In this document: positions 34,728 through 43,351 of the stretch, piece after piece
How the letters are laid out: every line of letters begins with the position of its first letter
How positions within the stretch are numbered: the first letter of the stretch is position 1
From: an uncultured Gammaproteobacteria bacterium
GTDB taxonomy: Bacteria > Patescibacteriota > Patescibacteriia > Magasanikbacterales > UBA922
Assembly: GCA_964566225.1 (NCBI GenBank)
Contig: CAZMHV010000005.1
Location: 1 to 60,308 of the forward strand
Direction of reading: 5' to 3'
Length of the DNA stretch: 60,308 nt
The notes under the pieces: generated by a model
Database searches by the model: none
Told to the model about the DNA's origin: nothing
The model's input: the letters and a program-made list of their open reading frames with translations, nothing else
Position numbers and translations under genes: made by a program

Positions 34728-35843
34728 TTAATATTTTACATCAACCCCTCTCGCCTCGGAGATGTTCTTGAATCCGTCACGTTCGAGAAGTTTGACGAGT
34801 CCTGAATTAATTTCACCAATAACTTGAGGGCCTTCAAAAATCATGCCGGTGATCAGCTGTAACAGATTGGCACCAGAGCGAATTTTTTGGTAGGCATTTT
34901 CGGCCGAAAAAACACCACCGACTCCAATAATTGTCATTTTGCCTTCAGTCATTTTGTAAACCTTTTGGATTTGGTCGTTGGCAAGGCCTTCGACAATTTT
35001 GCCACTCATGCCACCTTTGTCAGTTGGCAGAGGTTCCATTATCCTGTCATTTTCTTTCTTTTTTGTCAAGTTTGAGCAAATAATGCCGTCGACTTTGTGC
35101 ACCATTGCGGTTTCAACCAAATCGTGTAGGACTTCGTCCGAAAGATCAGGGGAAAATTTGATGTACATGGGTTTTTTGTTGCGGACTTGGTTTAAAGCAC
35201 CGAGAAGCCCGTCAAGGCGTGTTTTGTCTGTAAAAGGTTGGCCACCAAATGTGTTTGGGCAACTGATGTTGATAGTGTCATAGTTTCCGACGCCCGAAAG
35301 GGTTTTGTACGCTTTGACATAGTCATCAATTCCTGCCTGTGTTTCACAGGTTTGGGCATTGTTTGTCTTGGCAATACTTATACCAATGGGCACGGAAAAA
35401 TCTTTCACTTTGAGACGTTCTGCAATCGCCTCACAGCCGTCATTTTTAAGCCCATAGTACACAATGAGACCTTGGGATTTGGGTAATCTCCACAGGCGTG
35501 GGCGTGGATTGCCTGGGCAGGGTTCACCAGTGATAGAACCCAGTTCCAAAAAACCAAAACCGACAGAGGGGAGAATATCGGTAAGAAGGGCATTTTTGTC
35601 AAAACCAGCACTGAGGCCAACAGGGTTTTTGAAGGTAATCCCGTTGATGGTTTGTGTGAGGCGTGGGTCTTCAAATGAAAAAATTTGTTTGGTGATGTTT
35701 CTTGCAAGAGGATATTTGCCAAGGAATTGACCAACTTTCATCATGTGGTCGTGTGCGTCTTCTGGATCCATTTTGAAAAATATTTTTTTGAGAATATTTT
35801 TGTAAACAAATTTGATTGGCTTAGCAAGAACAGGTTTTTGCAT
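34728..35843 (-). CDS. pyrD: dihydroorotate dehydrogenase (quinone-type, class 2-like)
   Basis: FKNPVGLSAGFDKN, NISCPNT, GVGGVFSAENAYQKIRSGANLLQLITGMIFEGP. Confidence 0.85.
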   Translation of the reverse strand: MQKPVLAKPIKFVYKNILKKIFFKMDPEDAHDHMMKVGQFLGKYPLARNITKQIFSFEDPRLTQTINGITFKNPVGLSAGFDKNALLTDILPSVGFGFLELGSITGEPCPGNPRPRLWRLPKSQGLIVYYGLKNDGCEAIAERLKVKDFSVPIGISIAKTNNAQTCETQAGIDDYVKAYKTLSGVGNYDTINISCPNTFGGQPFTDKTRLDGLLGALNQVRNKKPMYIKFSPDLSDEVLHDLVETAMVHKVDGIICSNLTKKKENDRIMEPLPTDKGGMSGKIVEGLANDQIQKVYKMTEGKMTIIGVGGVFSAENAYQKIRSGANLLQLITGMIFEGPQVIGEINSGLVKLLERDGFKNISEARGVDVKY

Positions 35844-35883
35844 AATTGGAAGCTTAATTTTTGGTTGTGTGTGATAACAATAT

Positions 35884-36585
35884 TTATCTCACTTCAACAT
35901 ATTTGATACTTGTTTGAAACATTTTTATTATATCACTCATTTCACTTTCAGAAAAAGGATGAAATGTCGCAAATAGTGGGTTGAGTGTAATGTGTGGACG
36001 AAAATTTTGTAAAAAAAGTTTTTTGCTACCCTGAAGCAGTTCGGCCATGGACGAGAGGATTTCAGGTGTATGAATTTCTTTGATAAGCGTGCTGCGAAAT
36101 TCGTAGTCTGGAGTTGTTTTTTTTATAAGCGCAATGCTTTGTGCCAAATTGGTTTCATTGGCACGGTCCCCAACGAGTTTTTTGTATTCTCTGAGTGAAG
36201 TTTTTATGTCCATGGCTACATAGTCAACCATTTTTTGGTCAAGAATTTTTTCAAGCATGTCTGGATTATTTCCATTGGTATCCAGTTTGACCAAAAATCC
36301 TTTGTCTTTTATTTTTTGTAAAAAAAGAGGGAGATCTCCCATCATGGTAGGTTCTCCCCCTGTGACTACAACACCATCAATTTTTTCTTTTCGTGACTCA
36401 AGAAAGGTAAAAAATGTTTCTTCATCAATAAAACTTTCTTTGATTTGTGCGATCATCTCGGGTAAAACAAATTCTGGATTGTGGCAGTATCCACACCGAA
36501 AGTTACATCCAGGAGTAAAAACGATACAGGCTGTATGGTTTGGATAGTCAAGCAGAGTGAGTTTTTGGACAGCGCTAATAATCAT
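35884..36585 (-). CDS. nrdG: anaerobic ribonucleoside-triphosphate reductase activating protein (radical SAM)
   Basis: DYPNHTACIVFTPGCNFRCGYCHNPE; GVVVTGGEP. Confidence 0.85.
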   Translation of the reverse strand: MIISAVQKLTLLDYPNHTACIVFTPGCNFRCGYCHNPEFVLPEMIAQIKESFIDEETFFTFLESRKEKIDGVVVTGGEPTMMGDLPLFLQKIKDKGFLVKLDTNGNNPDMLEKILDQKMVDYVAMDIKTSLREYKKLVGDRANETNLAQSIALIKKTTPDYEFRSTLIKEIHTPEILSSMAELLQGSKKLFLQNFRPHITLNPLFATFHPFSESEMSDIIKMFQTSIKYVEVR

Positions 36586-36590
36586 GTGTT

Positions 36591-36842
36591 TTATTGTTTT
36601 TCGTTGAGAAACGTATAGAGTTCAGCTGGATCACTGGTTCGGCACAAGGCATTTTCCATGGATTCATCTTCAAAAATTAAAATAGTAGGAACAGAACTGA
36701 TAGAATACTCCAAGGTGAGGGATTTAAAATTTTCGTCTCGTTCATCAATAATTTTTCCTGAAAATTTTATAAACTTACTTACAAATTCCTTAAAAGCTGG
36801 GCAGCGTGGGCAGGTTGTGGTAGTAAAAAGGAGGTAGTTCAT
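36591..36842 (-). CDS. thioredoxin-fold (glutaredoxin/NrdH-like) protein
   Basis: 83 aa; CPRC active site near the N-terminus (TTTCPRCPAFKEF). Confidence 0.7.
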   Translation of the reverse strand: MNYLLFTTTTCPRCPAFKEFVSKFIKFSGKIIDERDENFKSLTLEYSISSVPTILIFEDESMENALCRTSDPAELYTFLNEKQ

Positions 36843-37024
36843 ATTGAGGTAAGTGCATACTGTGTTTTAAACGCTGCATTGGCAGCCACGCATTCCACAA
36901 AGTGTTTTCGGCTAAAATGTTCAGATTTTTTGCCTGTATTAAAGTGAGAAACAGGGCGGTGGTAGCCCATAACTCGGGTCCAAATTTCACAGCGTGTACG
37001 ATTTTGTTCCATTGGAGTGGTCAT
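36839..37024 (-). CDS. stand-alone glycyl-radical segment of NrdD (61 aa)
   Basis: MTTPMEQNRTRCEIWTRVMGYHRPVSHFNTGKKSEHFSRKHF.. carries the RVxGY..(N/W)xxGKxxE..R glycyl-radical signature normally found at the extreme C-terminus of NrdD. It overlaps the next gene in ATGA fashion. Confidence 0.7.
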   Translation of the reverse strand: MTTPMEQNRTRCEIWTRVMGYHRPVSHFNTGKKSEHFSRKHFVECVAANAAFKTQYALTSI

Positions 37025-37188
37025 AAAAAAGAAATAAAAATAACTTCTTGTATATGTTTAAACACAACAGATACAAAAAGGTGTCAGTGGTTAATTTGCA
37101 TGAGTTGTAAGCCATTTTTTAGAAATTGACTTTTGTAATAGAGTTTGTTTCAAAACACTCTTTGTTCAAGAGTGTTTTTGGTACGACG

Positions 37189-39303
37189 TCATTTTTTGGG
37201 ACTTGTACTTGCGAATTTTTTTCTATACTCATCATCAAATTGTTCACCCACATATCCAATTTCTGCATCACACTTTGGGCAAAAATCAAATTCTCCTGAA
37301 AGGTATCCGTGTTTTGGACAAATAGAAAATGTTGGCGTGATGGTAATGTAGGGGAGTCGGAAGTTCGACAAAATTCCTCGCACCAGGGAACGGCACGCTT
37401 CACCACTTGAAATGCGTTCATTCATATAACAGTGCAGTACGGTTCCACCCGTATATTTGGTCTGCAGTTTATCTTGAAGTTCGAGTGCTTCAAACACATC
37501 ATCAGTATATCCCACAGGAAGTTGGGAAGAGTTAGTATAGTAGGGAGCATCTTTGGTTCCTGCTTGTAAAATACCAGGGAAACGTCTTTGATCTTCTTTG
37601 GCAAATCGGTAGGTGGTGCCCTCGGCAGGTGTCGCTTCCAGGTTATACAGATTTCCCGTTTCTTCTTGATATTGTTGAAGTTTTGCACGCATGTAGTCAA
37701 GTACATCAGTAGCAAATTGTTGGCCCCACATGTCTACAATGTTGTGTTCGTCATTTGTAAAATTGCGAATGGCTTCATTGATTCCATTGACACCAATGGT
37801 AGAAAAGTGATTGTTGAGCTGTCCAAGGTATCGTTTGGTGTAGGGAAACAGTCCTCGGTCAATCCATTTTTGAATCTCTTTGCGTTTCATTTCAAGTGAC
37901 ATCTTGGCCAAATCCATGAGGTGTCCAATGCGTTGCAAAAATTTTTCTTTGTCACCTTTGTATAAGTATCCAATGCGTGCAGCGTTGACCGTTACCACAC
38001 CAATGGATCCAGTCATTTCTGCTGAACCAAATAGCCCTCCTCCACGTTTGCGAAGTTCTTTGAGGTCCAGTTGCAAACGGCAGCACATAGAGCGCACGTC
38101 CCCAGGGTTCATGTCTGAGTTAATAAAATTTTGAAAGTACGGTGTGCCATATTTGGCAGTCATTTCAAAGAGGGGCAAATTTTTGGCATCGTGCCAATCA
38201 AAATCTTTTCCAATATTGTAGGTTGGAATAGGGAAGGTGAAGGTGCGTCCTTTGGAATCACCCTTGGTCATCACGGCAATAAATGCTTGGTTAATAATAT
38301 TCATTTCTTTTTGGAGTTCACCAAATTTGTATTGAAATGGAATGCCGCCAAGCATGAGACGCTTTTCTTTCAAATCTTCTGGGCAGTCCCAATCAAGGGT
38401 AATGTTGGTAAATGGTGTTTGTGTGCCCCAGCGTGAAGGAATATTCATGTTGAACACAAATGACTGCATGTTTTGGTACACATAGTGATATACAGAGTCA
38501 TCTATATATTTTTGTCTTGCATCGGGCGAAGGGAATTGAATGCCAGCCTTTTCAATTTCAGCACACAGTTCCATTTCGTATTTTTTTACAAATGGTGAAA
38601 GGTAGGTGTCGAAACTTGAAAATGCTTGTGCACCAGCCCATTCATTTTGCAAGGTGCCAAGAAAGTTCACCATTTGGGCTACTGCAGAACTCAGGTGTTT
38701 GGGGGCATCAGATTCAATTTTTTCTGGGACACCATTGAAACCTTCTTCGAGCAGCGCGCGCAAACTCCAGCCTGCGCAGTAACCAGAAAACATATCGAGG
38801 TCATGAATATGCACATCTGCATTGCGGTGCACGTCTCCAATTTCTCGTGGATAGATGTGTGAGAGCCAGTAATTGGCAACGACTTTTCCAGCAGTATTCA
38901 AAATCATACCACCGAGTGAGTACCCTTGATTTGCATTGGCATTTACACGCCAGTCCAGTTTATCCAAATATTCACCGATAGTTTTTTCTACCTCAACCAC
39001 CACATTTTTTTCTTCACGAGCTTCTTCACGTTTTGCGCGATAGAGAATATATGCCTTGGCAACTTTGGCATATCCATATTCAATCAGCACTTCTTCTACC
39101 ATGTCTTGGATTTTTTCTACTGTTGGAATACTATCCCCAAAAGTTTGTTCGAGTTTGAGATAAACTTCACGTGCTACAGTAAACGCAGCTATTTTATCAG
39201 TTGTTTCCGTAACAATCATGGCTTTCAAAATAGCGTCTTCAATTTTACCAAGGTCAAAGTCAACAATGGCTCCGCTACGTTTTTGAATTTTGTAGATGGG
39301 CAT
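37189..39303 (-). CDS. nrdD: anaerobic ribonucleoside-triphosphate reductase, large ORF lacking the glycyl-radical tail
   Basis: Start at MPIYKIQKRSGAIVDFDLGKIEDAILKA (ATP-cone). NLEATPAEGTTYRFAKED; Zn-ribbon ICPKHGYLSGEFDFCPKCDAEI. It then ends in an unrelated Lys-rich tail, with no RVxGY motif. Confidence 0.85.
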   Translation of the reverse strand: MPIYKIQKRSGAIVDFDLGKIEDAILKAMIVTETTDKIAAFTVAREVYLKLEQTFGDSIPTVEKIQDMVEEVLIEYGYAKVAKAYILYRAKREEAREEKNVVVEVEKTIGEYLDKLDWRVNANANQGYSLGGMILNTAGKVVANYWLSHIYPREIGDVHRNADVHIHDLDMFSGYCAGWSLRALLEEGFNGVPEKIESDAPKHLSSAVAQMVNFLGTLQNEWAGAQAFSSFDTYLSPFVKKYEMELCAEIEKAGIQFPSPDARQKYIDDSVYHYVYQNMQSFVFNMNIPSRWGTQTPFTNITLDWDCPEDLKEKRLMLGGIPFQYKFGELQKEMNIINQAFIAVMTKGDSKGRTFTFPIPTYNIGKDFDWHDAKNLPLFEMTAKYGTPYFQNFINSDMNPGDVRSMCCRLQLDLKELRKRGGGLFGSAEMTGSIGVVTVNAARIGYLYKGDKEKFLQRIGHLMDLAKMSLEMKRKEIQKWIDRGLFPYTKRYLGQLNNHFSTIGVNGINEAIRNFTNDEHNIVDMWGQQFATDVLDYMRAKLQQYQEETGNLYNLEATPAEGTTYRFAKEDQRRFPGILQAGTKDAPYYTNSSQLPVGYTDDVFEALELQDKLQTKYTGGTVLHCYMNERISSGEACRSLVRGILSNFRLPYITITPTFSICPKHGYLSGEFDFCPKCDAEIGYVGEQFDDEYRKKFASTSPKK

Positions 39304-39386
39304 AAAAAAATGAATAATTATTTGTGTTCTTGTGTAAACACTTGAAAACAAAAAAGGTGTCACGGGGACATCTTCTTTGTTTCAAT

Positions 39387-39929
39387 TTATTTTATAATTG
39401 TTGGTTTTTGTTGTCCTTTTTCCATTTGTTCAGCCAATTTTTCAATATAATCACGCAAAATTTTTTCGTATTTTTTGGGGTTTGAAATATCATTGAGTTT
39501 TACCTCTTCCTGATATCCTGAAGTTGCCAAAAGTAAGTGGATATCGCCGTAGTTAAAAAGTTTTCCAAATATATTTTGTTTGAGGTGAACTCGTCTGAGG
39601 TGGGTCAGTTCATACGAATTTTCATCGGTTCGCAAAAATCCACTCCGACGTACCAGATGATGTTCTTTGAGGTAGTACACTCGAGTCGCCCAGCGGATGA
39701 CAATATAAAGGATAAGACTTATTTGTATGAGAAATTTGACCGAGTGGATAATAGATAAAATAGCAAAAATATAAGGCTGAAAGGTTATTTGAAGGTTTGT
39801 AAAAAAAAGTATAAAAAGTCCTGCCCCATAGAGGGAATCAAGCAAAAAACTTGCCAAAAAGACACGAATTACCAAGAGAAAAAGACTTTCGTGTATATGG
39901 TGAAGACTGGAGGGAAGAAGTACTGGCAT
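39387..39929 (-). CDS. membrane protein with a bacterial PH (bPH_2/YdbT-like) domain
   Basis: Three TM helices, then YYLKEHHLVRRSGFLRTDENSYELTHLRRVHLKQNIFGKLFNYGDIHL. Confidence 0.65.
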   Translation of the reverse strand: MPVLLPSSLHHIHESLFLLVIRVFLASFLLDSLYGAGLFILFFTNLQITFQPYIFAILSIIHSVKFLIQISLILYIVIRWATRVYYLKEHHLVRRSGFLRTDENSYELTHLRRVHLKQNIFGKLFNYGDIHLLLATSGYQEEVKLNDISNPKKYEKILRDYIEKLAEQMEKGQQKPTIIK

Positions 39930-39983
39930 ACAAAAGGGGTTACTTCTTTATACTCTATAGAACACTCGAGTCTCACAAAGGTG

Positions 39984-41087
39984 TCACACATCCAAAAATT
40001 GTCGTAACTTTTTACGGATTCTTGAAATTTGAAGTTTAATGGCATTTTCACTTTTGTTTTTTTTGTCAGCAATTTCTTTCATGGCATAGCCTTGTTCATA
40101 GACCAGTGAAAGAATTTCTTTTTCTTCTTTTGACAAGGTTTCAATGCCTTCTTTGAGAGAGTAAATTTCAAGCGAATTCACAGGTACTTTGGTAGCTATG
40201 TCTTGCATGTGTTCGGTCGAAAGTGGCAGTACCTTGCGATAGTGATTGACCAAAATATTGTGCGCAATACGAAATAAGTAGGTTTGGTACGAAGCATTGG
40301 TTGGCACAAAAGTTCCTACATGTGAAAGTGCTTTGATAAAAGTTTCTTGTGTAAAATCTTCAGCAAGGTTGACCTCTTTGAGATGTGCCAAAAAGTACGA
40401 AAAAATTTTTTTGTTATACTTTGCATACAGAGCTTCAAACTCTTTGGTATTGTGTTGTGCATTCAAAATAAGGTTTTTATCATTTTCGCGTTCAATAAAA
40501 AGTTGTTTGGTGGGTTCTACAAAGTGTGTAGAAAAAATATCACTGAGTGATGCTTCGGTTTCTGAAAAATCCACATACTGACGTGTGAGCCAAAAAAATA
40601 TTTTTTCCAAGGACAAAAAACCACGTGTTTCTTGGAGGAGCAAAATCATTTCCAAATCAATTTCAAATTCTTTTTTTTCAGTTTCATTTTGAAGCAGGGG
40701 AGAGAGCGCAATAAAATGTGAAAGCAGTTTATTTTTAAAAATTGGAACAATATACGTGTCTGCACAAAAAGTTTCTCCTTGTTTATTTTGATTGTGAGCA
40801 TCACTCAAAAAAAATGTTTTTTCTTTTTGTATGGTATACCACATTTTTTTGTAAAACGAACCTGGCATGTGTCCACCCCACAAATCTCCAGGGCGCTTGC
40901 CTACAGACTCAGCCAAGGAAAACCCTGTTTTTTCTTCCGTGCCTTTGTTGGCATACAATATAACCGAAGAAGTACCAGTAATAAAAAATTGGCTTTGTAG
41001 GGCGTCAAATTTGTTTTTGAGTGCGTCTTCTTCGGGCATATTCAAAGGGGTATTGGTGAGTATAGCAGTGTTTGGTTGAGGTTTCAA
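39984..41087 (-). CDS. PAS-domain / ECF-type sigma-70 factor fusion
   Basis: The N-terminal half has ILYANKGTEEKTGFSLAESVGKRPGDLWGG (PAS-like). The C-terminal half has region 2 (DFTQETFIKAL, YLFRIAHNILVNHYRK) and region 4 (LSKEEKEILSLVYEQGYAMKEIADKKNKSENAIKLQISRIRKKL). Confidence 0.7.
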   Translation of the reverse strand: MKPQPNTAILTNTPLNMPEEDALKNKFDALQSQFFITGTSSVILYANKGTEEKTGFSLAESVGKRPGDLWGGHMPGSFYKKMWYTIQKEKTFFLSDAHNQNKQGETFCADTYIVPIFKNKLLSHFIALSPLLQNETEKKEFEIDLEMILLLQETRGFLSLEKIFFWLTRQYVDFSETEASLSDIFSTHFVEPTKQLFIERENDKNLILNAQHNTKEFEALYAKYNKKIFSYFLAHLKEVNLAEDFTQETFIKALSHVGTFVPTNASYQTYLFRIAHNILVNHYRKVLPLSTEHMQDIATKVPVNSLEIYSLKEGIETLSKEEKEILSLVYEQGYAMKEIADKKNKSENAIKLQISRIRKKLRQFLDV

Positions 41088-41096
41088 GGCGCATGT

Positions 41097-42620
41097 TTAA
41101 ACCATCTCCTTCCCCCGAAATTGCAAAGCCTCAGCCACATGGACGGTACCAATATCATCTTTTCCATCCAAATCAGCAATCGTCCTCGCCAATTTCAAAA
41201 TTCGATGAAAACTGCGTGCTGACAAATTTAAACGATTGGTAGCTTGCTTCATCACTTCCAAAGATTGTTCAGACAATTTACAAAACATTTTTATTTCTTT
41301 GGGCCTCATTTCACTATTGCTCAAACAAGTCGTGTTTTGAAGTCGCCACTGCTGTCGTTCGTATGCTGCTTGTACTCGTGCACGAATTATTTGCGAAGTT
41401 TCACCAACACCCGCATCAGTAAGTTTTTCAAAGGGCACACGAGGCACTTCTACCTGCAAGTCAATTCGATCAAGTATGGGACCACTTATTTTTTTCTGAT
41501 AATGAAAAATTGCAGCCGGGGAACAAATGCAAGATTTTTCTACGTCAGTGGCATATCCACAGGGGCAAGGGTTTTGACTGGCCACCAAAGTAAACCGTGC
41601 AGGAAAAGTAACCGTGCCCTGTGCACGAGAGATAGTGACAATCCCATCTTCAAGTGGCTGACGTAAACTTTCAAGAACAGTACGTGGAAACTCAGCAAAT
41701 TCATCGAGAAACAAAACTCCTCGGTGGGCCAGTGAAATTTCGCCAGGCCGTGGGAATTTTCCCCCTCCAATAAGAGAAACACCACTTGAAGTATGGTGGG
41801 GAGCACGAAAAGGTCTTTCTGTAATCAGTGGTTTGTTTCCACGCAGCATTCCGGCCACAGAATAAATTTTGGTTACTTCAATAGCTTCACTCAAAGAAAA
41901 TTTTGGTAAAATCGAAGGCAGTGTACGTGCAAGTAAAGTTTTTCCTGAACCTGGTGGACCAGAGAGTAAAATATTATGCGCGCCACTCGCTGCAATTTCC
42001 AATGCACGTTTTACAAATTCTTGTCCTTTGATATAGGCCATATCCATTTCACATGGGTGCTCTTCAAACCATTGCTCAAGCGAAGTCGTTTGAATTGGCT
42101 GCAAAGATTTTTTGTGTGTGATGTGCGCAATCATGTCTCCAAATGTTTCCACTGCATACACTTGAATTCCTTGTATAACACTGGCTTCGGCTGCATTCAC
42201 GGCAGGCACAAAGACACGTGTAAAGTGGTGTGCTTTGGCATACAATACGAGTGGTAAAATCCCATTGCTGTGACGCAAACTGCCGTCGAGTGCGAGTTCA
42301 CCCACAATTAAAGCATCAGACAAATCAATGGCCAGTCGCTCTGACGACAAAAACATTCCTACTGCCATGGGCAAATCATAGGCCGAGCCTTCTTTGCGTA
42401 CATCTGCAGGCGCCAAATTAATCACTACACGACTATTGGATGGAAATGTGAGGTTGGTGTTTTTCCAGGCAGTACGAATTCGTTCTTTGGCTTCTTGAAT
42501 TGCGGCATCAGGGAGTCCCACAATTTGATATCCTGGCCAACTGCCAGCAATATCCACTTCTGCGGTGATGGGGATACAATCAAGTCCAATGACTGCTGCT
42601 GAATTTATTTTGGTAAACAT
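41097..42620 (-). CDS. comM: YifB/ComM-family Mg-chelatase-like AAA+ ATPase
   Basis: N-terminal Lon-protease-like domain, Walker A GPPGSGKT, VLFLDEFAEF, and a C-terminal ChlI-like region; 507 aa. Confidence 0.85.
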   Translation of the reverse strand: MFTKINSAAVIGLDCIPITAEVDIAGSWPGYQIVGLPDAAIQEAKERIRTAWKNTNLTFPSNSRVVINLAPADVRKEGSAYDLPMAVGMFLSSERLAIDLSDALIVGELALDGSLRHSNGILPLVLYAKAHHFTRVFVPAVNAAEASVIQGIQVYAVETFGDMIAHITHKKSLQPIQTTSLEQWFEEHPCEMDMAYIKGQEFVKRALEIAASGAHNILLSGPPGSGKTLLARTLPSILPKFSLSEAIEVTKIYSVAGMLRGNKPLITERPFRAPHHTSSGVSLIGGGKFPRPGEISLAHRGVLFLDEFAEFPRTVLESLRQPLEDGIVTISRAQGTVTFPARFTLVASQNPCPCGYATDVEKSCICSPAAIFHYQKKISGPILDRIDLQVEVPRVPFEKLTDAGVGETSQIIRARVQAAYERQQWRLQNTTCLSNSEMRPKEIKMFCKLSEQSLEVMKQATNRLNLSARSFHRILKLARTIADLDGKDDIGTVHVAEALQFRGKEMV

Positions 42621-42733
42621 AGGTGCACAAAATTCTTTTGAAATAAATGATATATTTTTATGTTAGCACACCACACCTAAAGTTTTCATAAAGTTTTGTT
42701 GTCCACAGAGGTAATGTACAAAAAGAAGAAAAC

Positions 42734-42762
42734 AAAAACATCCTTGTTAAAAGGATGTTTTT
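42734..42762. terminator. bidirectional terminator downstream of the tRNA cluster
   Basis: aaAAACATCCTTgttaaAAGGATGTTTtt. Confidence 0.65.
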
Positions 42763-42872
42763 GGTAGATCCGCCATACAGCAAAGGGGGATCTAAATTTT
42801 CTACGGATAACGTAGAGTTATACGTGACATTATATCACATATGTCTACGACGGGGCAAATTTGCGCCCTGTG

Positions 42873-42946
42873 AGCGGCGAACCGGATTCGAACCGGCGAC
42901 CTTCTCCTTGGCAAGGAGACGTTCTAGCCAACTGAACTACCGCCGC
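42873..42946 (-). tRNA. tRNA-Gly (anticodon GCC)
   Basis: Reverse complement is GCGGCGGTAGTTCAGTTGGCTAGAACGTCTCCTTGCCAAGGAGAAGGTCGCCGGTTCGAATCCGGTTCGCCGCT. It folds as a cloverleaf with anticodon loop TTGCCAA and T-loop TTCGAAT. No CCA is encoded. Confidence 0.9.
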
Positions 42947-42968
42947 TCAGAGAGCGCAAATGCATGTG

Positions 42969-43040
42969 TTGCGAGACCCGGACTTGAACCGGGAACCTTC
43001 GGGTTATGGGCCCGACGAGCTGCCATTGCTCTATCTCGCT
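42969..43040 (-). tRNA. tRNA-Met (anticodon CAT), initiator-like
   Basis: Reverse complement is AGCGAGATAGAGCAATGGCAGCTCGTCGGGCCCATAACCCGAAGGTTCCCGGTTCAAGTCCGGGTCTCGCAA. It has three consecutive G:C pairs closing the anticodon stem (TCGGG/CCCGA) and an unpaired 1:72 position (A/A), both initiator hallmarks. The anticodon loop is CCCATAA. Confidence 0.8.
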
Positions 43041-43066
43041 GTGTTGTAAAGGGTACAAGACCCATG

Positions 43067-43138
43067 AGCGGGTAGCGGGAGTCGAACCCGCGTCATCAGT
43101 TTGGAAAACTGAGATAATAGCCGTTATACAATACCCGC
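43067..43138 (-). tRNA. tRNA-Gly (anticodon TCC)
   Basis: Reverse complement is GCGGGTATTGTATAACGGCTATTATCTCAGTTTTCCAAACTGATGACGCGGGTTCGACTCCCGCTACCCGCT. Anticodon loop TTTCCAA; T-loop TTCGACT. Confidence 0.85.
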
Positions 43139-43236
43139 AAAATAAGGAATTACGTAGCAAAGTGTACTTTGATACTTTTTCCAAATGAGTAGATATACCA
43201 AAGGTATACCTGCTTATCTTATTTCGGATAGACTAG

Positions 43237-43265
43237 AGTATACCCCACCTTTATTTTTTTGTCAA
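43237..43265 (-). promoter_or_regulatory. promoter of the tRNA operon (native)
   Basis: On the - strand: TTGACA (comp 43260-43265), 17-nt spacer, TATACT (comp 43237-43242). Confidence 0.6.
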
Positions 43266-43291
43266 CCTCAATTTGAGTTATTTTTCAACCC

Positions 43292-43330
43292 AAAAAACAA
43301 AATCCTGAGGTATGGCCTCAGGATTCAAAA
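43292..43330. terminator. bidirectional terminator at the distal end of the pilin array
   Basis: AATCCTGAGGtatggCCTCAGGATT: a 10-bp stem flanked by A- and T-runs. Confidence 0.75.
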
Positions 43331-43351
43331 ATGTGCTTAAAATAGGTTATT

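Noticed and set aside
37025-37260. The gap between nrdD and its glycyl-radical ORF as a group I intron (as in phage T4 nrdD), an intein, or UGA read-through (code 25)
   Set aside because: The gap is short, very A/U-rich and shows only one simple hairpin, not a P3-P9 type core. There are no intein motifs. Reading through the TGA meets another stop 12 codons later, and other genes in the window clearly terminate at TGA.
28245-39345. Many 60-140-aa ORFs antisense to copA, the HMA-permease gene, pyrD, nrdG and nrdD (e.g. 28863..29192, 29653..29910, 37588..37899, 38926..39345)
   Set aside because: They are embedded in strongly supported genes on the opposite strand, have Phe/Ile/Lys/Ser-rich low-complexity translations, and show no start-site signals.
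42755-43188. ORFs 42755..43075(+), 42924..43184(-) and 43006..43188(+)
   Set aside because: They overlap three well-folding tRNA genes, so the G+C-rich tRNA sequence creates spurious open frames.
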